The position numbers and the translations under genes were made by a program. The notes under the pieces were generated by a model that made no database searches, was not told where the DNA came from, and saw only the letters and a program-made list of their open reading frames with translations. Shown in pieces: positions 1 to 11,232 of a stretch of 64,000 bases of DNA. The DNA is taken from contig QPGO01000049.1 in NCBI GenBank assembly GCA_008632985.1, forward strand, positions 124,001 through 188,000, in the 5' to 3' direction. This DNA is from Psammoneis japonica. Its lineage: Eukaryota. Position 1 is the stretch's first letter, and every line of letters starts with the position of its first letter.

Positions 1-2432
1 CGAGGAACGCCCAGCCAGAATAGTGGAGGTCTGTTCTTGTCGTGGTCTGTCGTCATGGCGATTGTGCTATTCATGGTGGCAACCGTGGTGGCATTGCGAG
101 TTTTGTATTTGCAAAAAAGGCACAAGTGGGTGTCACTGGCACAGACTCCACCTCTTTTGCCAACCAATCCAAACAGCCGAGAAGACGAACATGACGACAA
201 GGCACGCTTTACGTTAGGAGATGGTTCTCCGTCGGATATCCATGCACACTCGGACCACCATTCTGATTATCTGGGGACTTTGTTGTCCACCAGTAGTTCC
301 GCCAAGAGACAAAATAAGAAGAAAATGATGAGAAGCATGAGTATGCCAATGCTCCACGACGACCATGATGGTGACGACCTGATGCAGCTGACCGTTTGGG
401 ATCCTTCCTCGGCAAAAGAGCTAGACAAGGTAGATGCTGGGCCACCTCTTAAGGTGGGCAAAAATGCGACAAGGGTCACGTCAGGGACAGCTGCCGTGAC
501 GTCTCAGGCAACAACTCCTGTACCGGCGCCACCACCAAGTGTCGAAACCACGAGTCCTGGTCTCATTGATGGCGTTCCACTCGTACGGTATTCCCGATAT
601 CGATCCGAGTTTCGAGAGGAGTCGGCGCTGGGAAAGGGCGGTTTTGGAACTGTGTTTCAGTGCATCAACGCTCTGGACGGCACCAAATATGCAGTCAAGA
701 AGGTTCGGATAAAATCGCAGACGGACGCCTCTGGAAATCTGGTCAAGGCCTTTTCACGGCGACTGCAGCGTGTGCTGCGTGAGGTAAAGATCCTGGCGCT
801 CTTGGATCACAAAATATTGTACGGTACTACGCTGCGTGGTTGGAAATAGAGGAGGAAGGGATGGGAGGAGATGATGCTTCCATGGTGGAATATGGAACGA
901 CTACGGATAAGAAATTGCATCGTGTCTTTTCCAGTGAATTTCTGGCTGGTACCGCTGGCGCACCCGCGTCAGACACACAGAGCTTGTTGACTTCGGGCTT
1001 TCGATCAAGGCGTGTAAAGTCGAAGAAAAAGTATGCACTGTCGACTAATCCTTTGGGCACAAATATCAATTTGTTTGAGAATGAGGAATCGCTCGAGCTG
1101 AGTCGCCGTAGGAAATCTTTGAACGAATCGGATGATATTGGTTTCACCTTTGAGCGAAGTGGTAGTGATGTGGCGTCAAAAAAGACAGAGTCGAGCAACG
1201 CAACATCGACGGAGAAAATTACGCAGATGGTGCGAGGCGATGATGGGAGCGATTCCTCTACTAGCTCAAGTGATGCAAGTGTCAGTAGCGGCGAGCGAGA
1301 GAGCTCTGCCTGGCCATCAGAAGACCCTACTCCCACAAAGACCAATGCCGTTTCTGACAGCGAGAAGGAAACCGCTTCGAAGATAAAGGCATCAGACGGA
1401 GAGGACAGAGATGCGAGAAATCTTCCTGTGAGCCAAGTCACTCATACTCTGTACATACAAATGCAACTCTGCAGCCAGAAAAGTCTTTCTGATTTCCTTG
1501 TCAACAAAGACGCTCGAAGAAAAGGCACAACGTCATCTTATGGGGTGGATATTCCTTATGCACTTGGTTTGTTCAAGCAGATTGTCGCGGGTGTGAAACA
1601 TGTACACCAGCAGGGTTTGATTCATCGTGATTTGAAACCGAGCAACGCGTTCATCGACGAGGCGGGTGTTGTCAAGGTTGGAGATTTCGGGTTGAGCCGT
1701 GAGTCAGCGGCCGGGATAATGAAAGATGGCATTGAAGACAGTGACACTGCTGCGGATTCATTTCATAGCCCATTGGGAGGCGATGACGACAACACGGCAG
1801 GGGTAGGAACCCGATCATACGCCAGTCCTGAGCAAATGAGTGGTTCTGACTATGATGCTAGCACTGACATTTACTCTCTTGGCATTATGCTGTTTGAGTT
1901 GTGTTACCCCATGTACACTGGCATGGAGCGACACATTATGTTTGACGGTATCCGCAAGGGTATCTTCCCAGATGCTTGGAAAGAATATGTCGCAGTCGCC
2001 TTCCCTTCTCTCCACAGTTTAGTTGTGGCTATGCTCTCGGTCAAACCGGAACAAAGACCATCTGCCGACGATGTTGCGAAACAAATTGACACGCTGTTAG
2101 GTGAATACACGGTCTTATCACTGGATCTCAGTAGGCATTCAATGGACGATTTCATACTTCTTCGTGTGGAGGCGTTGGCAAAAGAGGGAGTGTTAATTCG
2201 CACCCAGCAGCTCATCATGAATGCAGCAACTGGTGTCAAGATTCTAGAGTACGGGCTACGTGGCCAAGAAGCAAAAGCAATAATGGAATTCGCGGTGACA
2301 ATTACAGAAGACCCTGAAGGTGACACTGTTACAAACCAGAGCGAAGATTCGGTAGAGCTGATTATGAGATCCTTGCAAGCATCAGATGAGATAAGTGTTG
2401 CAAGACAAGTATCATACAGGCGAAACATATAA
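1..2432 (+). CDS. eIF2-alpha kinase family protein (PERK/GCN2/HRI-like), 5'-partial, one apparent frameshift at 811-814
   Basis: Frame is open from base 1, with a hydrophobic TM segment (~37-110), SRYRSEF..LGKGGFGTV..YAVKK, a long kinase insert, LYIQMQLC, IHRDLKPSN, VGDFGLS and GTRSYASPEQ. Adding one A to the A4 run at 811-814 restores LDHKNIVRYYAAWLE and joins ORFs 37..849 and 840..2432. Confidence 0.88.
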
Positions 2433-2496
2433 ATAGTAGAGCATCTAAACAAATGATCTTACAACCCATTATATGACTATAGTTTATCCATGAAAT

Positions 2497-4905
2497 TTAA
2501 TCTTCCTCATCAGCGGCAACAAAGCCCTTCTTCAATTCCTCTTCGATATTCGGAGGCACGAACTCGTAGTTGGCGAGCTTCATAGAGTAGTTTGCGCGTC
2601 CCTTACTCATTGATCGAAGGGTGGAAACATATTGGAACATGTTGGCGAGCGGAACCATTGCAGAAATGGTCTTCACATTACCGCGCTCTCCAAGATCACC
2701 AACCATACCACGGCGAGAGTTGACATCACCAAGAATGTCTCCCATGTATTCTTCAGGGGTTGAAACATCGACCTTCATCAAGGGTTCCATAAGACGAGCC
2801 TGGGCCTTCCTGAGACCTTCACGTGCGGCAGCTCGGCCAGCGATTTCGAAAGCCATGACGGAGGAATCAACGTCGTGGTAAGCACCATCAACAAGTGTAG
2901 CTTTGAGACCTAGGACGGGGTATCCAGCAACAACACCAGCTCCGAGAACAGATTCAATTCCCTTCTGAACACCTGGAACATATTCCTTGGGGACGTTACC
3001 TCCCTTGATATCAGAAGTGAATTCAAAGTCCATGGCACCTTCTTCCTCAGAAAATTCCTTGGGCTCAAACTTGATCTTGACGCGTGCGTACTGACCAGAA
3101 CCACCGGATTGCTTCTTGTGTGTGTAGTCAATTTCGGCAGGGGCGGTGATTGCTTCTCTGTAGCTGACCTGGGGAGCACCAACATTGGCCTCAACATTGA
3201 ACTCACGCTTCATTCGGTCGACAATAATCTCAAGGTGGAGTTCGCCCATTCCCTCAATAATGGTCTGACCGGTTTCCTCGTCACGGGAGAATCGGAAGGA
3301 AGGATCTTCAGCAGCAAGGCGGATCAAAGCCTCAGACATCTTCTGTTGATCGGCCTTGGTCTTGGGCTCGACAGCAACCTTGATGACGGGTTCGGGGAAC
3401 TCCATCTTTTCAAGGATGACGGCGTTGTTCTTGTCGCAAAGAGTTTCTCCGGTAGTGGTATCCTTGAGACCGACAAGTGCCACAATGTCACCGGCAACGG
3501 CGGACTTGATCTCCGTTCTGTCGTTGGCGTGCATTTGAAGCATACGGCCGATACGCTCATTCTTGCCCTTGACGGAGTTGTAAACACTGGTACCAGCTTC
3601 AAGGACACCAGAGTAGATACGAGTGAAAGTGAGGGAACCAACAAAAGGATCGTTGGCAATTTTGAAGGCAAGCGCAGAGAAAGGCTCGGCATCAGAGGAG
3701 TTACGGACGATGTCCTCGCTTTCATCCTCAGTGACACCGGCAATAGCTTCGACATCCAATGGGGAAGGCATGTAGTCGACAACAGCATCCAAAAGCGGCT
3801 GCACACCCTTGTTCTTGAAGGCAGTTCCAGTTACGACAGGAACAAAGGCAAGGTTAAGGGTTCCCTTACGGATGAGCTTCTTCATAGTTTCAACATCGGG
3901 TTCCTCTCCTTCAAGGTACATCATGAGAGCATCCTCGTCCTGCTCCACAGCGAGCTCGACGAGCTTCTCGCGCCATTCCTTAGCCTTGGCCTTGAGTGCA
4001 TCGTCCACCAAGTCGATGTCGTTGCATTCGTCGAGAGGGATGCGGTCGAAAGAAGCACCAAGGTCCTCTCCACGCCAGACAACGGCCTCCATGGTGACAA
4101 GGTCGATAACTCCCAAAAAGTCGCTTTCACTTCCAATGGGAAGCTGAAGCACAGCGGGGGTAGCACCAAGCAGATCCACAATAGTATCAACGCAAAAGTA
4201 AAAGTTGGCTCCGGTGCGGTCCATCTTGTTGAGGAAGCACATGCGGGGGACCTTGTATTTGTCAGCCTGACGCCAGACAGTCTCGGTCTGGGGCTCAACG
4301 CCGGCGACTCCATCAAAAACGGCGACAGCACCGTCCAAAACACGGAGAGAACGTTCGACCTCTAGGGTAAAGTCAACGTGACCGGGAGTATCGATAATGT
4401 TGATTCGGTGATCATTCCATGCACAAGTGGTGGCAGCAGAGGTGATGGTAATACCACGCTCCTGTTCTTGTTCCATCCAATCCATCGTGGCAGCACCCTC
4501 GTGGACTTCTCCAATCTTGTAAGACTTTCCAGTGTAGTAAAGAATACGCTCGGTTGTGGTGGTCTTTCCGGCGTCAATGTGTGCCATGATACCAATGTTA
4601 CGGTAAAGATCCAAGTCGACCTCACGTTCCTTGGCAGATGAAGCAGTAGCCTTGTCAACAGTCTGGGCGACCATGTTCAGTGTGGTCTACGATAAAAAGA
4701 GAAACGACATACGTAAGACTCAACCATACGGTGGTACTTTTGAATTCGAATTGACAATGACGTATGAACGTACCTGGCTCTGTTCGACAGCTCCATTGTT
4801 TGTGGCCAACGATGGTTTCACAAAAGTAGCACTGGGAGCAAAGGCTCCCACAGAAGCAAAGCCCAAAAGTAGGGCGGCAGCACCAGCAAGTCCTCTGGCA
4901 ACCAT
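2497..4905 (-). CDS. fusA: Plastid-targeted elongation factor G; exons 4905-4774 and 4686-2497
   Basis: [34 protein letters not shown] and GMGELHLE motifs. GT-AG intron 4687-4773 joins in frame to a signal peptide plus SVG-AFAP (ASAFAP-type) presequence. Confidence 0.96.
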
Positions 4906-5322
4906 TTTTAGAGAAAAATGTGAATCTTTGGTAGAGAGGTGAAGTGTTCTTCTGCTGTTGCGACGATGATGGGTGGACCAAGTGGCACTGACGCATCAAC
5001 GGTTCATGTGGCGTTGCTTTGGTAGCGTTTTAGATAGTGGCATTCTACGTATTGAAACGTACAACACGACTCAACGGATGAACACGTGTACGAGTACGCT
5101 GTCATCGCGCGCGATTTCCCTTTTGCAACGCGTGCGGGACGACTTCAGAGTTTCCGACCAAGCGCGGCACCGCGGCACCGCGACACCTGACGTGGATCGG
5201 AAATGGTGCGAATGTTCTGTGAGAATGATGTCGTGAACAACGCTGGCATAGTGTGTCATTAATCTGTTACGTTTTCACAAGCTTCACATTGATGTAAACC
5301 ACTAGGTTGGGGGACGTTGGAA

Positions 5323-6060
5323 ATGACAGGGTTGATCTTGAAACTTTCGGCGCTCTGTTTGTTGGCAGACACTGGCTTTGCTTTGTTGTCAGTGCACAGC
5401 AACCAACAGAATTCCATAGGAACGTCATTGTCTCCGCGTTCTTCTCGGTTGTACAACATAAAGAAAAGTGAATACTGGGCCAACGATAGTGAAGACGAAG
5501 AAGATGAAGGACTGATTACCAAGGAAATGTTCATGAGAGAAATGCTAAAGGATCCAAAAGTAAAGAGAAAAAAGAAGGGCAAGGACCACTACAAGCCGCT
5601 CGACAACCGCGATGCCTTGCCGTTTGTCGTAAAGGTCGTAACACCTGATCCATATACACCAGTATCGAAAAAGAAAGAAGAAGCTATAAAGAATACAAGA
5701 AGAGATCGAGAGCAGAACAAGAAGACTAAAAAGGGAGGAAAAAAGAATCTTGTGGGAATGGAAAAGAGTGGCATTGCCTCGTCGCTCTACACCAAGGGCA
5801 AGGACGGGGCTCTGGAAAAGATTTTGGGTGAGTTTCAACTGGACAAGAGCACAAATTGTGGTGACGTGATTCTAGTGGGAGATCAGGAATTTGAAGTTCA
5901 AAAAGCACGGTGTCAATACAAGTATGCGGGTGGCAAACGATTTGTCATGGTTCGAAAGATTTTGGAAGTAAAGGACGTAACACGAGTGCAGGACGAAGAA
6001 CACCTCCTGCGGCAATTGCAGAACTCAAGTAATGATTTGTCTCCACCACAATTGGAGTAA
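5323..6060 (+). CDS. Conserved hypothetical protein, probably plastid-targeted; C-terminus reminiscent of cyanobacterial DUF6464-like proteins
   Basis: Intact 245-codon ORF divergent from EF-G, with a signal peptide and Ser/Arg-rich transit-like stretch. C-terminal LGEFQLD..CGDVI..EFEV..ARCQYKY..GKRF. The family resemblance is from memory only. Confidence 0.7.
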   Translation: MTGLILKLSALCLLADTGFALLSVHSNQQNSIGTSLSPRSSRLYNIKKSEYWANDSEDEEDEGLITKEMFMREMLKDPKVKRKKKGKDHYKPLDNRDALPFVVKVVTPDPYTPVSKKKEEAIKNTRRDREQNKKTKKGGKKNLVGMEKSGIASSLYTKGKDGALEKILGEFQLDKSTNCGDVILVGDQEFEVQKARCQYKYAGGKRFVMVRKILEVKDVTRVQDEEHLLRQLQNSSNDLSPPQLE

Positions 6061-6284
6061 TAAAAAAATGTTGATATTCAGGTACCAGTAGTGCTTTTAA
6101 AGGGTACCATAGCTGTTGCAGCCGAACAATCTTCCCCATACCTAAGGGATGAAAGAAGGTATATGACACCCCAAAATTGGTTTCTTCTTTGTCTGTGGTT
6201 TCTACCTCTGCTTCAAGGCGTACGTTATAATAGCAGGAGCTTCCCGTTAGATACCGGTGGAGGTACCCATTGGTGAAACATGAT

Positions 6285-6490
6285 TAGTAGTGCCTACTCT
6301 ACTCTAGAGTAGAGTAGATTACCAGAAAACAGAAAAGCAGGAGGCAGGATACTACCCCAAGCCGGGAGTGGATACCGGTACTACCTAGGGCTCTAGCTAC
6401 TAGTAGTAGAGAGGAGCGAGATTGCTGGGGAGAGGATAGCGGAGAGCGAGCGCGCGACGCGCGACGCGACGCCGCGATCGATCGGTCCGT
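6285..6490. promoter_or_regulatory. TpA-dense (CTA/TAG) island with a perfect 24-bp palindrome, followed by a CpG cluster, upstream of the gene at 6703
   Basis: CTACTCTACTCTAGAGTAGAGTAG (6294-6317) is self-complementary. CTAC/GTAG/CTAG are dense to ~6410, then GCGCGCGACGCGCGACGCGACGCCGCGATCGATCGG. The regulatory role is inferred from position only. Confidence 0.4.
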
Positions 6491-6702
6491 CCACCGGCAC
6501 CTATTTGGTGACGTCATCATGGGCTGACCGAAATTTCGAAAAAATCGATCGTCAACCGTCACCCGCATCACGGGCACACCGCACAAAAACGAGTGCCCAA
6601 TGCCCACACCCCACACCATCCAAACAGCAAAAAAAGTCACGTTGAGCAACGTTAGAAGCAGAACCGCATTTGATTCAACTCTTTCCCTCACATCGATACA
6701 CC

Positions 6703-8172
6703 ATGACAAGTAACGCCGATGAATTTCCTGTGGGTGCTCGCGTTCTCCTTGTAGAACTTAAGGCAGCTCAATACAACAATAAAGCCGGTGTCGTTCAGAC
6801 TCCGCTAGCAAACGGCCGTCAGCAAGTGTTGATAACCGAGCTGTCCAAAACTCTGGCGATCAAAACGTCGAATCTAACTTATGAGCCACGACCAATCGAT
6901 TCGCTTTCAGTAAAGGAACTTAAACTCATTCTCAAGGATAAGAAGTTTGAAGAGAGCACAGCCGGTATGGACATTCAAGAGTTGCGCAAGGTAGTATCGA
7001 GTCAAATATCCGACTCGTCTCCTGAGATAATCGCTGAGATTCTAGCCAAAGCATCTGCTCCAGCACCCAAAGCAAGTGCTGCTCCAACTACTAGCATGAG
7101 TACTGATTCTATCAGGAACCAAATGGACGCCGTTTCCAACATGTCGTCGGAACAATTGCAACAGCAAGCACGGGCTATGCGAGCTATGGAACCAGCCACC
7201 ATTCGTAGAATGAATCCGCAGTTGGCAAACATGACAGACGATCAAGTTCGCATGGCTATTCAACAAATGGAATCTATGGCATCCAATCCAGCCATGTTTC
7301 AAATGGCAAAGGAACAAATGAAAAACATGACACCCGAACAGCTCGCGCAGCAACAAGCCGCACTCAGCGGTAGTAGCAGCGCTGCAACTGGTACTGCCTC
7401 TTCAACAAGAGCGACTACCACCGCTCCCATGAGTAGCAATCCCATTGGACAACAAGTGAATAACTTGACTCCGGAACAAATCAAGCAGCAAGCACAAGCA
7501 ATGCGCAGTATGGACCCGGCCACCATTCGCCGCATGAACCCACAGTTGGCAGGTATGAGCGACGATCAAATCAAGGCGGCTGCGACGCAAATGGAAACCA
7601 TGGCATCCAATCCCGCCATGTTTGATATGATGAAGAAGCAAGTCCAAAACATGTCGCCGGAAGAATTGAATGCCATGCAGCAGGGCGCCGCGTCATTGAA
7701 TCCAGACGCTGCTACTTCGGCAATGGATCCTTCGAAATTGATGGAAAATATGGATTCCAAACAACTCAAGGGAATGGTGGAAATGGTCAAGAACAATCCC
7801 GAACTCATGAAGCAGGCCATGGCATCCAACCCAGCCACAGCCAATATGAGTGAAGAAGAGCTGACCAAGGGATTGGAGATGTTTTCGCAGATGGACGACG
7901 CCACCTTGGAACGCACCATGAATATGGTGAACCGCATCTCCAAAGTAACACAGCCGATTTCATCAACGTACAAGCGTGCGAATGAAAAGGTTGGAGGACA
8001 CTTGCTCAAGATTCTGTTCCTCTTGTTCTTAATTGCGGTAGTGAGTATCATTTGGTATTGTAGAAGCGGGGGAGCGGATGTTGCGGCTAGCATTGAGGAC
8101 CCACTCAAGTCAACACTTGCGTCTCAGACTGTCGACAACGGAGGGGAGGATGAGTTTGAAACGGAGTTTTGA
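6703..8172 (+). CDS. STI1/HOP-DP-repeat, tail-anchored co-chaperone-like protein (OEP61-like, no TPR seen)
   Basis: Met/Gln/Pro-rich repeats (MASNPAMF, MVKNNPELMKQ) and an internal duplication of a ~65-aa unit. C-terminal TM LLKILFLLFLIAVVSIIWYC. N-terminal small beta domain plus a SAP-like LSVKELK segment. Confidence 0.72.
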   Translation: MTSNADEFPVGARVLLVELKAAQYNNKAGVVQTPLANGRQQVLITELSKTLAIKTSNLTYEPRPIDSLSVKELKLILKDKKFEESTAGMDIQELRKVVSSQISDSSPEIIAEILAKASAPAPKASAAPTTSMSTDSIRNQMDAVSNMSSEQLQQQARAMRAMEPATIRRMNPQLANMTDDQVRMAIQQMESMASNPAMFQMAKEQMKNMTPEQLAQQQAALSGSSSAATGTASSTRATTTAPMSSNPIGQQVNNLTPEQIKQQAQAMRSMDPATIRRMNPQLAGMSDDQIKAAATQMETMASNPAMFDMMKKQVQNMSPEELNAMQQGAASLNPDAATSAMDPSKLMENMDSKQLKGMVEMVKNNPELMKQAMASNPATANMSEEELTKGLEMFSQMDDATLERTMNMVNRISKVTQPISSTYKRANEKVGGHLLKILFLLFLIAVVSIIWYCRSGGADVAASIEDPLKSTLASQTVDNGGEDEFETEF

Positions 8173-8295
8173 AGATTTGTAATTCTCTACCAGTAACTGA
8201 GAGTCGAAGAGACTCTAGGCTGTGGTTATCGTTTGCATTTGCCACCTCTACCATTACTGCTGCTAGAGTGGTAGGCTATCAATGAGATTTCCTTG

Positions 8296-10370
8296 TTACA
8301 CTAAGTAAGGAGTTAACATGATGCAGCGCGCAGGGTGTTTTGTAGATTTGATGGAAGAATTGTCTGTACGAGCATGGGTAGAAATGCGGCAAGTCATGTT
8401 GTAGCTCAAGGCTTGAGTCACCCATTTAGGAGGGGGGGGGGGACTGGCACGTGCTGCCAAAGCGATCCTTGGCAAGTTGGCTCCAGACAAAGTCAGCAGA
8501 AGGGAGGAGAGAGCCACAGGAGAAGCAAGGGCATGGAGGAAGGCAGAACAGGAAGCACTGGAGTTGTGAAGGGCAGACAGAGAGGGCAAGGGAGCTGTCA
8601 ACCGTGCAAGCAGAAGGACCAAGGAACTTCAAACTTGTGCTCAAAAGTGGCACACCTCAGCTGGCAAAGGAGGGGGGCAGGCAGACTGGGAAGAGGGCAA
8701 GGAGAAGCTTTGGGTGCGGTGATGTCAACAGCGATGCAGCAATGGTGGAAAGGGGCAGAGAGGGAAGCAAGGGGAGGGAAGGAGACACTGATGTTGGTGG
8801 GATGAAGAAGTGGATGGGGGCAAGAGGTTTGCAGCCTTGCAGCGGGCGTTGTTGGGCAAGCAACACAGCTTGTTGGCAAGGGGCCCTGAAGTTTGGGAGA
8901 TGACAAAAGACAGCACCAGCCACAAAAGCCCTTTTGAGAGTTTGGACTTGTGGTTGCATTGGCAGGAAAATGCATGATCACACCATGGGCATCAAGGGTG
9001 GCATGGCCATGAGGGCTGGGAGAGCTGTTGAGGAAAGAAGAAAGAGTGGGGATGCAGAGCTTGCGCTGGACAGCAATGGCACAGGCATCATCAGAGGCAA
9101 GGCAGGTTGGCAGGAAAGTCAGTGGAAGAGGGAGTGGAGGGCAAGGCTTGCAAGGGGTGAGAGTGGCGAGACAAGGGGGGCAAGACTTGAGCATGGGAGG
9201 GAGCATTGGCAAGGGTGGAGGCACCAGCGCAAGGGTGGCAGAAGGTGGAGAGTTAGAGGCCAGGGCAGAGGCACAGTGGCAGAATGGACCACAAGGTGGA
9301 GATGAGAGCAAGGGTTGTTCCAAGAGGAAAGGGAGAGCTTGGGGCAGCAGGGAAGAGCAGCAGAGTCGCCAGATGGCAGCTGAACTCCACGTGTGGCAAA
9401 GCAGAAGGAGCAGAGGAAGAAGGGCCACAAGGAAGGGAGGGAAGAAGGAAGGGAGTGCTGGGAGGGTCTTGAAGACCAGAGAGCCACCAAGGTGGGCAGG
9501 AAGAGAGGCAGCCACAAGGGGGTGGGGAGGGAGGAGATTGACGTGGCAGGTGACACAGCAAAGAAAGCAATTGGTGATGGAGAGGAGAGCATCTCTGAGC
9601 AGAAGAAGTCCACAGGAGGGGTCAGGGGGGTTGCCAGGGTCAAAGTTGGCTCAGAAATCAGCATCAAGGATGTGAGCAGGGAGGGAGAAGTGGGCAGTGC
9701 TTGAAGAGCTGGGCTTGAGTTTGCTTGTCATGAAGGTGAATGAGGGGTTTCTCCACCTTGGCAGAGAGGCAGAGGACATTTCAGAGAGGAGGGAGCTGGA
9801 GCTGGCACAAAGACCTGAGAGCCCAAAGGCTGGCTGAGAGGAAGTGGGCTGCAGCAGGAGCAGAAGGTTGGGGGCTGTGGGGTGGCAGCGGGTCATTGGC
9901 GGGGTTGAGGTGGCTGGGAGAGGGCATCACAGAGAGGGCCCACCTGCAAAGGAGGGAGAGAATTGAGATGGGCCAGCACCATCAAACACAAGTTGGCACC
10001 AAAACGGACAAAATCCGCGCTCTCTTTCTCTGTCTGTGTCTCAAGCGGGCCAAGCAGCAGGCTTGAGAACTCTGAGTTGCAGCAGCAGCCAAAGCAGCAG
10101 CAACAGAAAATGCAGCAGAGATGACCCACAACACCCTCAGATCTGCAACAAAGAAAAAGCAATGTCCCCTTGCAGGGCTGTGTGGAGCACAGCATGTCGT
10201 TCTTGCCAGCGAGGGCACCACCAAAAGTGGAGCAGGCAGTGCTTCTTCCACCAACTGCTGCTCCTTCTCTCACTGAACATTTCAGCCAGTAGATGCACAT
10301 CCATAAAAGTGCCGAACCAGACTATGTGAACATGGAAAAGCAGTCTTAGGCAGGTGTGGTCGTAGCCCAC
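8296..10370 (-). mobile_element. Degenerate non-LTR retrotransposon (CRE/R2-like, restriction-like endonuclease type), 3' part
   Basis: Across frameshifts the minus strand reads ASLPAHLGG-xGLQDP (post-RT LPxxxGGLG motif, ~9463-9510), IAVQRKLCIP, the Zn knuckle LDAHG-DHAFSCQCNHKSKLS (~8940-9000), and HPLLHPTNISV..IAVDIT (eroded RPAD..DVT endonuclease motif). CpG and TpA are nearly absent. Confidence 0.65.
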
Positions 10371-11232
10371 TGTATACCGGCACTCGCAAACCGCTGGTGG
10401 GATCGAAACGATTTCGCATGGACAGACCGCCCGACAGCCAGATCGAAGGTTGAAGGGTTCGCATTCGGCGCAATAAATGTTTGGGAACTCGTGAAATTAT
10501 CTATTGCCCCGATAAGTGATACGAGTTTTCAGTGCACTGTATTGATTCTCCGTACAAAACACGTACAGTATCGCTTTTTGACCCTTTCTCGATCGTCTCG
10601 CCTCGAACGAATCTCGGAACTCGTCACAAAAAAAGAGAAAAACAAGAACTTTGGAATACAGAACAAATAATAATGTCACAGGTTTGGTAGAGGGCGAAGA
10701 CGTGAGTACCGTCGTCATACGGTAAGCAATGTCCATTCTCTTGCGTCACGTACTGATTACTGATCTTTATCAACCATCGCACAGAGCTGTTGTGGTCATT
10801 GGAGTGTTGTTGTGCGCTTTGTTCTCTGAAATCATGTATTCCGTTACGGTTGGCAATAAATCATGTTTCGTGCCACTGTCATTTCTGTTTTATCTGTAAT
10901 CGATCGCATAGTCTACGGCATGATGTTGTAGTCTATCATGCGAAACTGGTGACACAAGAACGTGAGTTCGCTCTTGGTGTCGCTCACTCTAGCTTTTTCT
11001 ACACCAGTCTCATCATGAACTCGACATTCGACATAAATCGATCGCCCATGAGAGAGTGTAGAATAACTTATGCCATTGTTTGCCAACGCGTGTTCGTTTT
11101 TTACAAATGGTTCTCATGTCGTATGAGACCAAACTTCTAAAATGCAATGGCGTGAGAGTCGCTCTTACACCCTTTTGTGATTTTTGTTGGCACCTTGCAG
11201 AGCGCAAACGAGAATAAAGAGCAAAACTACTT

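Noticed and set aside
800..850. Programmed ribosomal frameshift in the kinase
   Set aside because: No convincing slippery heptamer, and similar 1-nt deletions recur in unrelated genes, which points to assembly error.
3109..4365. 418-aa ORF antisense to EF-G
   Set aside because: Shadow ORF from the codon bias of a highly expressed gene; no motifs.
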